A DNA stretch of 64,000 bases from an uncultured Candidatus Binatia bacterium (lineage in GTDB: Bacteria; Desulfobacterota; Binatia; UBA9968; CAXXLF01): NCBI GenBank assembly GCA_965218425.1, contig OZ244621.1:4128001-4192000 (forward strand). Direction: 5' to 3'. Below, in pieces: positions 50,554 through 59,964 of the stretch. Both the position numbers and the translations under genes were made by a program. The stretch's first letter is position 1; every line of letters begins with the position of its first letter. The notes below the pieces were generated by a model. That model did no database searches. It was given only the letters and a program-made list of their open reading frames with translations, and was not told the DNA's origin.

Positions 50554-51082
50554 CTGATTCGTGGGTTCAGTGACATCCTATGGTAGGTTCTCAGTCCATG
50601 TCAACAACCCAGACGGCAACTATGCGACAACAATCCATCCCCTTCCCGTCCGCACGCTGCAATTCTCTATCTTCTATCCTCGGTTCTCCCCCTGACTTCC
50701 CAACCCCCTACACTCTATTCCCTTCGCCATGAGACCACAACATCCCGACCGCTGCCATGAGAATTATTCTTGAGACCACCGTCAAGGCTACCTAACCGAC
50801 TGTAACATGGCTTTCCAACTTCGACACAGCGCTCAGAGAGCCAGTAATCAAGCAGGACTTCTCAGCCTTTTCGAGCGGCCGATATCCCTTCTCCTTGTCC
50901 TGTGACTCGGGTAACTGCAAGTCTGCTCGGATCAGCATTTCTGCAAAACAGGTAACCCCATCCACCTTTTGAGCAATGGAAGTTGTGATTCTTCTTAGAT
51001 AAAGACCTTAACGGCTCCCACTCGTTAGGGAACGAAACTTGCTTCCCGTGGTGTCGGGTAACGTCCACGTTAGAAGGCAACC

Positions 51083-51349
51083 ATGCCAAACAAGACAGTG
51101 AGAGATGTAATGGACAATAAACCGGTAACTCTGCAACACCTTGACACCCTCGACCTGGCCAAAGACACCATGGAACTGAAGCATATTCGGCACTTTCCGG
51201 TAGTAGAAAAGGAAAATCCGGTCGGCGTGGTTAGTCAGCGGGACCTATATCGGGTTTCGTTGGGCTCGGGGATGCGACTCGACGAAATCACGCAAAAGGA
51301 GTTTCCTAAGACCGTTGCTGCCAAGGACGTCATGAGCCATCCCGTATAG
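51083..51349 (+). pseudogene. Truncated CBS-domain protein
   Basis: TVRDVM, IRHFPVVE, VGVVSQRDL, AKDVMSHPV, then stop; the second CBS repeat is missing. Confidence 0.7.
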
Positions 51350-51415
51350 CTCTTTGCCCTCCGCACTAAGCACGATGCTCCATGCCGACGTATCCATCTT
51401 GCAATGGACCGCCTA

Positions 51416-52585
51416 TTATTTCCAAAGCTGCCTCGTGGCAAGACGTGCCCCTTCGGCCATGGCCTCGAACTTGGCCCACACCACGGTGGGATGGATTTCC
51501 GGCACTGTGGTGGCCTGGGATGAAAACCCGCAGTCACTCCCTGCGATAACGCGCTCACGGCCAACAAGATTGGCAAGTCTCACAATTCGCTCAGCCACAA
51601 GCTCCGGGTGTTCCACGATGTTGGTGGTGTGTGAAATGACCCCGGGAATGATTGCTTTTTCCTCCGAAAGCTTGACCCGCTCCCAAACATGCCACTCATG
51701 CTCGTGACGTGGATTGGCTGCTTCGAAGGAGTAAGCACCGGCGTTGATCTGCAAAATGAGATGCACCACATCCCTCAGTTCCACCTCATGGATGCGGGGC
51801 CCTATATTGATACCGTAGCAGGTGTGAAAGCGCACTTTGTCTGGCGAAATATCCCTGAGGGCATAGTTTAGCGCCGCAACCCGGAGCTCAGCCCATTCAA
51901 TACATTGCTTGACACTCACTCCCGGGTTCGAACAATAGTAACTCACCAGCCTGGGGTCGTCGATTTGTAGCAAGAAACCGGCGTCCACGATGCTCCGGTA
52001 CTCCTCCCGCATGGCGTCGGCTATGGCGTAGAGGTAGGCTTCCTGGGTTGGATAGTACTCGTTCCGTCGCGGGCCTTCGATGTTGGTGGGAGAAATGGCG
52101 GGCATGAACGCCTCCTGAACCGACCGCTCCTTCAAAGCAGCTGCAAAGTGATCGATTTGGCTCTTTAAGGATGCCTGTCCCTTGTACGTGATGGGCCCGG
52201 TGCACGCCATGGCAAAGGGAGCGGCAACTCTTCGGGCGGGTCCTTGTGCGTAGGATCGGTAGAATTCGGGGAATGCCAAGGCCTCCCGCGAGCCTGCCCA
52301 GGGTCCCTCAGAAGTCGGTATCTCTCGCGACTCGAAGCCGGTGAGACGCTCGCTCACATAGGCGAAAAACCCTGGCTTCCCCTGCTCCCCGTCGGACACG
52401 ATATCTACGCCAGCCTCCACCTGCTTGCCCACCACGTCGGCAACCGCGCCGCGTACCCGATTCATGTATGTTTCCTGATCGTAAGGCTGGCCACTTTCTT
52501 TGGCCCCCATCAGTTCCAAGAGCTCCGAAGGGCGCGCCAGGCTACCAGCGAAAGTGGTGAGAATGCGGTCAGTGCTACGTTTCAT
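51416..52585 (-). CDS. Cobalamin-independent methionine synthase II family (single-barrel MetE-like)
   Basis: AGSLARP, DGEQGK, LQIDDP, HTCYG, EAAN, DCGF Zn ligands. Confidence 0.88.
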   Translation of the reverse strand: MKRSTDRILTTFAGSLARPSELLELMGAKESGQPYDQETYMNRVRGAVADVVGKQVEAGVDIVSDGEQGKPGFFAYVSERLTGFESREIPTSEGPWAGSREALAFPEFYRSYAQGPARRVAAPFAMACTGPITYKGQASLKSQIDHFAAALKERSVQEAFMPAISPTNIEGPRRNEYYPTQEAYLYAIADAMREEYRSIVDAGFLLQIDDPRLVSYYCSNPGVSVKQCIEWAELRVAALNYALRDISPDKVRFHTCYGINIGPRIHEVELRDVVHLILQINAGAYSFEAANPRHEHEWHVWERVKLSEEKAIIPGVISHTTNIVEHPELVAERIVRLANLVGRERVIAGSDCGFSSQATTVPEIHPTVVWAKFEAMAEGARLATRQLWK

Positions 52586-52589
52586 TCTT

Positions 52590-52800
52590 CTTCTCCCATC
52601 TTTCCTTTATTTCCAATTTTCGATCCTTGCCTATCCGTTCTGAGGGGGCTTTGACTCTTGCTCTCTTCCCTTAACACGTAACACGGCCTTCCTTGTTTGA
52701 CTTTCGCCTTTTTCCTTTAAACTTTTTACCTCTTTCCGCTCTGCCTGTTGCCATTTGCTTGCTGTCTTTCTCGTTCTCCGCGTTTACCCTTTGCCTGCTA
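52590..52800 (+). repeat. Intergenic heptamer tract
   Basis: tttgact cttgctc / ttaacacgtaacac / tttcgcc tttttcc / ctgcctgttgccatttgcttgctgtctttc. Confidence 0.7.
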
Positions 52801-52804
52801 ATTT

Positions 52805-53383
52805 TTACTTATTTTTCTGTCCGCTCAAGCTACCTTGAAAAACCTTGACTATCTCGAACCTGAGTTCCAGCACAAGAGAGAGAAACGGCTCATCAATGAT
52901 TCGTTTTGAGAATACGTCAGCCAGAGCTCTGTAATACCACTCCTGTTGATCCTTCGGTCGATTAAAGCGAAGGAAGACATCGTCGCCCAGCTTCTCATAA
53001 TCAGCCCGGATATCTCTGATGTTGTTGAGCTTGTCTGCCAATGAGACATAGACTGCATCCACAGGAGCAGTCGCTAAAATGTCTATGGCGTGCTGCTTTC
53101 GGTTTTCCCAGGTATCTGACTTGTCCGGCTCGGAGGCACCTTCTACGAGCCGCGCAACCTCCTCGCCAAAGTCTCGGCGGATATCATCAGTGCCGGTAGA
53201 TGAGTCCTCCACCGTGTCATGAAGGAGTCCGGCCACAACCACGTCCTCAGAACAGCCGGCTTCAATCAGGATTTTAGCGACGCACAAGGGGTGGACGAGG
53301 TAGGGAATTTTAGTCCCTTTTCGAAACTGGCCGGTGTGTGCTTTGGCGGCGAATTCAACGGCCTGGAATACCCTCTGACTCAT
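52805..53383 (-). CDS. Stand-alone HD-domain protein, (p)ppGpp hydrolase / Mesh1-like
   Basis: AH.GQ.RK...PY..HP, AGLLHDTVEDS, ADKLNN. Confidence 0.85.
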   Translation of the reverse strand: MSQRVFQAVEFAAKAHTGQFRKGTKIPYLVHPLCVAKILIEAGCSEDVVVAGLLHDTVEDSSTGTDDIRRDFGEEVARLVEGASEPDKSDTWENRKQHAIDILATAPVDAVYVSLADKLNNIRDIRADYEKLGDDVFLRFNRPKDQQEWYYRALADVFSKRIIDEPFLSLVLELRFEIVKVFQGSLSGQKNK

Positions 53384-53568
53384 GCTTCAGTCCAAGAGCG
53401 TTAAGTGTTAAGCGTTAGGGGAGGAACTTACAGGAGGAATGCAAGGAATCCATCTAGTCGTAATGCCAGACACGTAACACTCAACACTGATTTTACTTTG
53501 CCTTTTACGCTTTGTGCCGTCCTGTCCGTCTTTTGCCTTTTTTTCTAACTTTTCACTTTTCTCTTTAA

Positions 53569-54660
53569 TCACAATCCGTAGAACTTCTGCGGGTTATCAG
53601 AAAGAATTTTATCTGTAATATACCCTGGAACATCTTCCCGTGACTTCATGGTCTTTACCAGTTCACGTTCCTCTGATGGATCGTTATGGCCATAGTCAGA
53701 GCCGATGATCATGTTGTCTTCGCCAATGTAATGAGAGAGATAGTCTATGTCCTCGTCCGCCTCGCAAGCGATGTAGATACGGTATCTCTTGAAGAGGTCC
53801 TTCTGGGAAAAATCACCACCCCTTTGCTGAATCTGTCTTTTCAGGGAATGCAGTACAAAGGGCACCCATCCTGCAGATGCCTCCAGGAATCCAATTTTCA
53901 AAGTCGGGAATCGCTCGGGAATCTTGTTGGCCACAAGATTCCGAAAAGCAATCAGCGGCGGAACTCTCCCATGGCCAAAGGCGGAATGTCGCTCGACGTA
54001 AAACAAACTCGATAGAATGGGCGAACCCATCCCAGTATGGATGCAAATGGACAAGTCATGATCCATGGCCGCCTGGTAAATGGGGAAAAAATACGGATCA
54101 TCCAGGTTGAGATCTTTCTCGATGCCTCGAAAGAAAAGCCCCACCGCACCGTGTTCCTTGACCCATTTGATCTCTTTGATGGTTTCCTCAACGGATCGGA
54201 GCGGGGGAATGGCAACCCATCGCAATCTGTCCCCTCCCTTCGAACAAGCCTCGCTGATCCAGCGGTTATAGGCCTTGCACAATGCAACCTCCAGGTTCAC
54301 ATCATCGGTCAAATAGACCAAGAACAAGGTCGGGAAGACGATTTGAATATCCACCTTCAAACGATCCATGTCCTTGATTCGCAGGTGAGGATCCCTCAGC
54401 TCCCTCGATTCCACAGGTATATCGTTCCTGGAGGTTTGAAATTTAGCTGCGGAGGGCGTAATCAGCGTGCTACCCGCTCTCCCGGCGGGTTTGGGAACAA
54501 TATTGCCGTCAATTAGCCAAAAGGCATTGCGTGCTCCGTATTGTGTATCATCCGGGGCCGACATGAGAATGGGTCGCTTCGGGTACAACTCCTTCTCAAA
54601 CAGCGCCCACATGTGTTCCGACTCTGCAACATGAGTGTCTGCATCGATTATAGGTCCCAT
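53569..54660 (-). CDS. Amidohydrolase_2 family
   Basis: IIDADTHV, QIVFPT, ICIHTG, FLEAS, GSDYGHND. Confidence 0.9.
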   Translation of the reverse strand: MGPIIDADTHVAESEHMWALFEKELYPKRPILMSAPDDTQYGARNAFWLIDGNIVPKPAGRAGSTLITPSAAKFQTSRNDIPVESRELRDPHLRIKDMDRLKVDIQIVFPTLFLVYLTDDVNLEVALCKAYNRWISEACSKGGDRLRWVAIPPLRSVEETIKEIKWVKEHGAVGLFFRGIEKDLNLDDPYFFPIYQAAMDHDLSICIHTGMGSPILSSLFYVERHSAFGHGRVPPLIAFRNLVANKIPERFPTLKIGFLEASAGWVPFVLHSLKRQIQQRGGDFSQKDLFKRYRIYIACEADEDIDYLSHYIGEDNMIIGSDYGHNDPSEERELVKTMKSREDVPGYITDKILSDNPQKFYGL

Positions 54661-54924
54661 GATATTTCCTCCAATTCTTCCCGATTTCCGGGCATCACCT
54701 TTACAACGCTGATTACGCTTTTACGATTTAGCCGCTTAACAGTCAAGCAACGTTACCCGTTTCTCTCAACTTTCTATTCATAAGTATACCATTGTCCCCC
54801 CACAGTGATCTGTAGTACGTTGGGGATTAGACCTCTTGGAATGCCACGGGTCCTCCTACCCGCCGCGAATTCCTGTAGGAACTTTTAACACGATAATAAT
54901 GTCAAATATAGCTGGACGGACCCC

Positions 54925-56178
54925 ATGAGATTGGGCCCCCTACGATATCGCAACTTCAGACTCATCTGGACGAGCTGGGCCCTTGCTGCCACCAGTTCGT
55001 GGATCCATCAGGTGGTAACTAACTGGTTGATCTTCGAACTCACCGATTCCCCTTTGATGCTCGGGCTGAATGGGATATTCACGTCGATCCCTTTTCTCAT
55101 CACCTCCCTCTATGGGGGCGCGTTGGCTGATCGTATGGACCGGCGAAAGATATTGGTCATTTCCCAGGTGGTCAGCACCGCACTGGCCATCATCCCCGGT
55201 ATCTTAACGGGCTTCGATTTAATCCGGGTCTGGCATCTCTACGCCCTCGGTCTTCTCAACGCCACCATCACAGGCTTTGATGGCCCCGCACGCCAGGCCT
55301 TGATCCCTACCCTGGTGCCGCGCGGCGAGCTGATGAGGGCCGTGGCCCTCACCTCAGCGGTTCGGCGCAGCACGGCCTTGGTGGGTCCAATGATTGGTGG
55401 ACTCGGAATATCTCTGCTGGGAGTCACCTGGACTTATTTCATTTATGCAGGATTCCATGGGTTGGTCCTACTTGCTCTTTTTTTGATGCGAATGCCCGCC
55501 GTGGAAACGCCCATTGAAAGAAAATCCATGACCCGATCCATTATGGACGGCTTTCGGGCGGCCTTTGATAACCGGGTCATCTGGGGGATTTTGAGCATAG
55601 AGGCGGTTCACACCTTCTTTGTCACCTACCGGGTCCTGTTACCGGTATTCGCCCGGGACATACTCAGCGTCGGGCCTACGGGACTTGGCCTCCTCTATTC
55701 CGCCCCGGGGATCGGTGCCATCACCGGGTCGGCGCTGGCCATCGCCATGGGTGACGTGAAAAAGAAAGGACGGCTGTTTACCATCTCAGCCTTTACCATG
55801 CCCCTGGCGCTAATTCTCTTTGCTTTTTCCAAGTGGATGCCCGCCTCTCTTGTATTCCTAGTGCTGGCGGGTTTGCTCGACATTGTTGGGGGAACCGTGC
55901 GTAACACCATGCTTCAGCTGTCCGTCAACGAAAGGATGCGCGGGCGGGTCATGTCGATGAACATGATGGTCCACCGGGGGATCGGCCCCCTGAGCCATCT
56001 ACAGTCCGGCGCCGTTGCTTCGTTCATAGGAGCACCATGGGCGGTAGCCGGCACATCAATATTTTTTATAATCTACGGCGCTTATATGCTGCTCCGTCTT
56101 CCGGAGCTATACCGCTATCGGCAAGGCGCCCCGCAACCAGACCCACCACATCCCTCAGAGCCACAACAGCGCCGCTGA
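54925..56178 (+). CDS. MFS transporter (DHA3/EntS-like)
   Basis: GGALADRMDRRK, PARQALIP.LV, MRGRVMS. Confidence 0.9.
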   Translation: MRLGPLRYRNFRLIWTSWALAATSSWIHQVVTNWLIFELTDSPLMLGLNGIFTSIPFLITSLYGGALADRMDRRKILVISQVVSTALAIIPGILTGFDLIRVWHLYALGLLNATITGFDGPARQALIPTLVPRGELMRAVALTSAVRRSTALVGPMIGGLGISLLGVTWTYFIYAGFHGLVLLALFLMRMPAVETPIERKSMTRSIMDGFRAAFDNRVIWGILSIEAVHTFFVTYRVLLPVFARDILSVGPTGLGLLYSAPGIGAITGSALAIAMGDVKKKGRLFTISAFTMPLALILFAFSKWMPASLVFLVLAGLLDIVGGTVRNTMLQLSVNERMRGRVMSMNMMVHRGIGPLSHLQSGAVASFIGAPWAVAGTSIFFIIYGAYMLLRLPELYRYRQGAPQPDPPHPSEPQQRR

Positions 56179-56268
56179 GTATTTGCGTTTCGCTTTCTGC
56201 GCACCGCTTGCCGTTTTGCTTTTTCCCGTAGTCACGTTGTCAGCGGTTTGTGACTTGCCGCTTACTGC

Positions 56269-57123
56269 CTACTGCCTGCTCGGTTTCTGAAACTTCAACG
56301 TCATTCGATCACTTTCACCAATGGCGAGATATTTTTGCCTATCCTGGTCTTTCAGGCGCAGGCTAGGCGGCAGGGTCCACACGCCCCTCGGATGATCTGC
56401 GGTGTCTTTCGGGTTTGCATTGACCTCCGATTTTTCGAACAGCTTAAAACCCGCATCTTTGGCAAGCTCAATCATCTTCGCCTCAGTCATGTAACCGGAT
56501 TTGATCATATTTTCCAAAGACATCCCGGGTTTAGCGCGGTGTTCCACCACACCTAAGAAACCGCCCGGCTTGAGTGCATCATACATGGCCTTGAAATAGG
56601 GCTTTGAATCTCTCTTCAGCCAGTTGTGCACGTTGCGAAAGGTCACCACAAGATCGGCCGTCCCCGGAGGAGAAATCCTTGTATACTGAGGTGGTGTCAA
56701 ATACGAGATTGTAACGGCGCCATAGATCTGAGGGTTATCCGCGATTTTCTTGTTGTAGGCGCGCTGGCGCGGGTAGCGATACTTTCGTTGACCTGGCACA
56801 TCCAGCGCATTGCCGGCCGCATAGAGCTTGCCTCTTTTAAGAAGTAGCGGTGCGATGACATCGGTATACCATCCTCGACCCGGCGCCACTTCCACCACCG
56901 TCATGTTGTCTGCGAGACCAAAGAACACCAGGGTTTCGGCGGGATGGCGGTAGCGGTCCCTGGCTCGATTCTTATCGCTTCGGTGTGATGCGGACAGAGT
57001 GGCCCGAATCTCCTCCACTGAAAACACCTTTGCCGTCACGGATAGCGTGGGTATAGCGGCAACTAGAAACCCGAAGGTAACCAGTGATGCAAAAAACTTC
57101 ACCATAAATTGAGTCCTCCTCAT
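56269..57123 (-). CDS. Exported class I SAM-dependent methyltransferase-like protein
   Basis: Signal peptide, RDRYRHP.ETL.FFG, VVEVAPGRGWYT, TFRNVHNW, LKPGG, GVWTLPP, IGESDRMTL.F.KP. Confidence 0.85.
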   Translation of the reverse strand: MRRTQFMVKFFASLVTFGFLVAAIPTLSVTAKVFSVEEIRATLSASHRSDKNRARDRYRHPAETLVFFGLADNMTVVEVAPGRGWYTDVIAPLLLKRGKLYAAGNALDVPGQRKYRYPRQRAYNKKIADNPQIYGAVTISYLTPPQYTRISPPGTADLVVTFRNVHNWLKRDSKPYFKAMYDALKPGGFLGVVEHRAKPGMSLENMIKSGYMTEAKMIELAKDAGFKLFEKSEVNANPKDTADHPRGVWTLPPSLRLKDQDRQKYLAIGESDRMTLKFQKPSRQ

Positions 57124-57194
57124 TAAATACCTTGAATCGCCAAGTCAGTTGTTCCCCAGGCTTAAAATGATTTGTTCCCTTTCGTCGGATCGCG

Positions 57195-59438
57195 TTATGC
57201 TAAACCACGAAGGATCTTCTCAGGTGTAATGGGAGTTTCCATTAACCGCACTCCTGTAGCGTCGTATACAGCATTCGCTACGGCCGGCGCAATGATGCTG
57301 ATTCCCGCTTCAGCCACGGCTTTGGCCCCAAAGGGGCCGGGCCCCTTATGGGCCTGGACCAAAGTTGTGGTTAGCCTAGGAATGTCCTTAATGGTGGGGA
57401 TCTTGTAATCCCCCAGATTTAAAGTGAGTATTCGCCCCTCGTCGAAGGCCATCTCTTCCATTACAGTAAAGCCCAGACCCTGAATAATGGCGCCTTCGAT
57501 TTGACCCTGGTGGATAACGGGATTGATGATCCGGGTCACATCATAGGCAAAATGGAGCTTCTGCACATGGATCTCCCCCGTCTCCCCGTCCACTTCCACG
57601 TCGGCTACCACCGCCTGGAATGAGTATACGTCGGGTTTTTCCTCAGCTTTGTAGTGGCCAAAACCACAGATGGGAACGTGGCATGTTCGGGCGATTTCTT
57701 TCAGACTGATGCTTTGACGAGTCTTACCTTTTGATAACTGTGCCTTGCCGTCACGCCATACTGCCTCCTCCGGGTCCACCTGCCACAGGGCGGCAGTCTC
57801 TTCACACAGTCGCTTGATGAATGCCTCGGCGGCCCGGTAAACCGCTTGCCCCTCCACATGGACCCCCCTCGCCCCTCTCACACCTTCGTCGAAGGGTCCT
57901 GTGTCCGTACCCTTAACGTCGACCCGAACCAGATTCGGATCAATCCCAAGCACCTCCGCGGCAACCTGGCGATGCATGGTGTAGGCGCCTGCGCCCTGGT
58001 CCCTGACCGATGTGGTCAAGCGTAGATTCCCATCCGGTTCCAGAAACAATTCGGCACTGGACTCCCCGTGTCCCACATGACGATCACCCAGCGCCAACCC
58101 CCGGCCGATCAATCTCTTGCCATTTTTCTCCCTGCGTACCTGTTGTCCCTTCCAGTTTGCTAGACTGGCAGCCTGGAGCAACGTTTCCTGTGCTCTGGGA
58201 TCGGAAATGGATTCTCCCGTGCTTCTCGTGTCCCCCTCTTTAAGAGCATTGCGCATGCGGAACTCTAAAGGGTCCATTCCCAGAGCCTCCGCCATTATGT
58301 CCATGTGCGATTCCACGGCGAACATGGTTTGCACCTCTCCTGGGGCGCGGTAGTAACCGCAGGGAATCCGATTGGTATACACCGCATACCCTTCCATCCG
58401 TACATGGGAAACGGAATAGGAGCCGGCTAGCATGAATGTACCGTTCATATTGGCCCTGGGGCTGGGCTTGCGCGCCGCGTAGGCACCGCCGTCGTAGTAA
58501 ACTTTTCCATCCCACGCCACGAGGCGTCCGTTGTTTTTTAATCCCGTCTTCAGGGTCATCACTGCGGCATGCCGCGGCTCGCCATCCATCAATTCGTCCG
58601 CATAGGTGGCCACGACTTTAACGGGTCGATTCGAGGCCTGAGCCAGGTAGTAGGCGCACAGGGCTTCTTCATAGCCCTCTTTTCCGCCAAAGGACCCACC
58701 CATAGTCACCGGATGAACGATGATCCTTTCCTCCGGAATGCCGATATGAGTGGCCAGCCAATGACGCACTCGAAAGCTGGATTGATGTCCGAACCAAACC
58801 AAGATTCTTCCGCTCTTGTCTATTTCCACCACGCAGGCACGAGGCTCAATAAAACCCTGGTGAACCATATGGGTCCTAAAGGTGTTTTCAAAAACCCTGT
58901 CGGATTCGGCAAATCCCGCTTCCGTATCCCCCTTTGACGCAACCACGACGGTCTGAACATTTTTCATATAGGGGGCCATGTTGGGAGGACCAAGGTACGA
59001 TGGATAGTCGGGGTGAAGGACTGGAGCCTCAGGTGTCAACGCTTCAAACGGGTCAAAAACCGCCGGCAGTTCATCGTATTCTACGTCAATGTGATTGAGG
59101 GCCTCTTCTGCAATGTCTTTATCCATAGCTGCGACACCCGCGATCTTCTCGCCCACGTAACGTACTCGGTCCAGAGCAAAAACGGGCTTGTCCTGTAAAG
59201 TGTACCCTTCCAGCCGCGGTGATATGTCTTTTCCGGTAACAACCGCCTTCACTCCGTGAAGGCGAAGGGCCCGGCTCACATCGATATTCAGGATTCGCGC
59301 GTGGGAGAAGGGACTGCGGAGATATTTGCCCCATAGGGCGGAAGGCCTGATGACATCCGCCGTGTAAACACATGTCCCTCCCACTTTGGATACACCTTCC
59401 ACCCTGGGCAACCCCCGACCAACGGAATTTCGCGTCAT
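57195..59438 (-). CDS. Xanthine dehydrogenase-family molybdopterin-binding subunit
   Basis: RSPFSHARI, GGSFGGK, YRAPG, GQIEG..IQGLG, GPFGAKAVAE. Confidence 0.92.
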   Translation of the reverse strand: MTRNSVGRGLPRVEGVSKVGGTCVYTADVIRPSALWGKYLRSPFSHARILNIDVSRALRLHGVKAVVTGKDISPRLEGYTLQDKPVFALDRVRYVGEKIAGVAAMDKDIAEEALNHIDVEYDELPAVFDPFEALTPEAPVLHPDYPSYLGPPNMAPYMKNVQTVVVASKGDTEAGFAESDRVFENTFRTHMVHQGFIEPRACVVEIDKSGRILVWFGHQSSFRVRHWLATHIGIPEERIIVHPVTMGGSFGGKEGYEEALCAYYLAQASNRPVKVVATYADELMDGEPRHAAVMTLKTGLKNNGRLVAWDGKVYYDGGAYAARKPSPRANMNGTFMLAGSYSVSHVRMEGYAVYTNRIPCGYYRAPGEVQTMFAVESHMDIMAEALGMDPLEFRMRNALKEGDTRSTGESISDPRAQETLLQAASLANWKGQQVRREKNGKRLIGRGLALGDRHVGHGESSAELFLEPDGNLRLTTSVRDQGAGAYTMHRQVAAEVLGIDPNLVRVDVKGTDTGPFDEGVRGARGVHVEGQAVYRAAEAFIKRLCEETAALWQVDPEEAVWRDGKAQLSKGKTRQSISLKEIARTCHVPICGFGHYKAEEKPDVYSFQAVVADVEVDGETGEIHVQKLHFAYDVTRIINPVIHQGQIEGAIIQGLGFTVMEEMAFDEGRILTLNLGDYKIPTIKDIPRLTTTLVQAHKGPGPFGAKAVAEAGISIIAPAVANAVYDATGVRLMETPITPEKILRGLA

Positions 59439-59689
59439 GGATTCTTACCTCTTCTGATTCACACACTCCAGCTATTGTACTTCTAAAGGTTTACGAGTCG
59501 CTACCCCCATCTCCGGATTCTTAAATGGTCGATCTGCTATCCTCTCCTGGAGCGGGAAAATAGAGATATAAAGTGAGCGCCCATACTCCTATTACCTTGC
59601 CTGAACGGGTGAGCTTAAAGCACGAATTGCAGTTTAGGCGGTCTAACGTTGGCCTGTCAATTACGTCTACGGCTTACTGCCAACACCCT

Positions 59690-59862
59690 GTTGCCTTTTT
59701 TCTCCCGGCGCATTGTGCCATGCGCTTTGCGTAGTCCTCTTGGTGTCTATCTGAGATTACTTTTCTCCTTTCCTTTTCTATGTTCGATCCTCTATCCTCC
59801 ATCCTTGATTCTACCCGCTCAGTCGTCAATCCTCGTTACTCAGCACTAAATGCTCTTTGCTT
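59690..59862 (+). repeat. Intergenic heptamer tract
   Basis: gccatgcgctttgc / cgatcctctatcctccatccttgattct / gctcagt...cctcgttactcagcact / tgctctttgc. Confidence 0.75.
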
Positions 59863-59964
59863 CCCGATTGACAGACACTAGAAACAAAGCTAGAGGAGAG
59901 TAATTGTGACCTGCAAACCTTGGTTCAACCCTAGGTGCCATGCCAACATGAAACTAACCAACCC

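Noticed and set aside
50800..50910. FQLRHSA resembling a tyrosine recombinase box
   Set aside because: Only a few residues match, inside a short closed frame with no other integrase motifs.
51347..51349. TAG ending the CBS gene as possible recoding
   Set aside because: Downstream sequence does not continue a second CBS repeat in frame; frameshift plus truncation explains it better.
51416..52585. Epoxyalkane:CoM transferase with ComDE-based coenzyme M synthesis
   Set aside because: The genes are 10 kb apart, there is no alkene monooxygenase or other CoM gene, and single-barrel MetE-like proteins are common.
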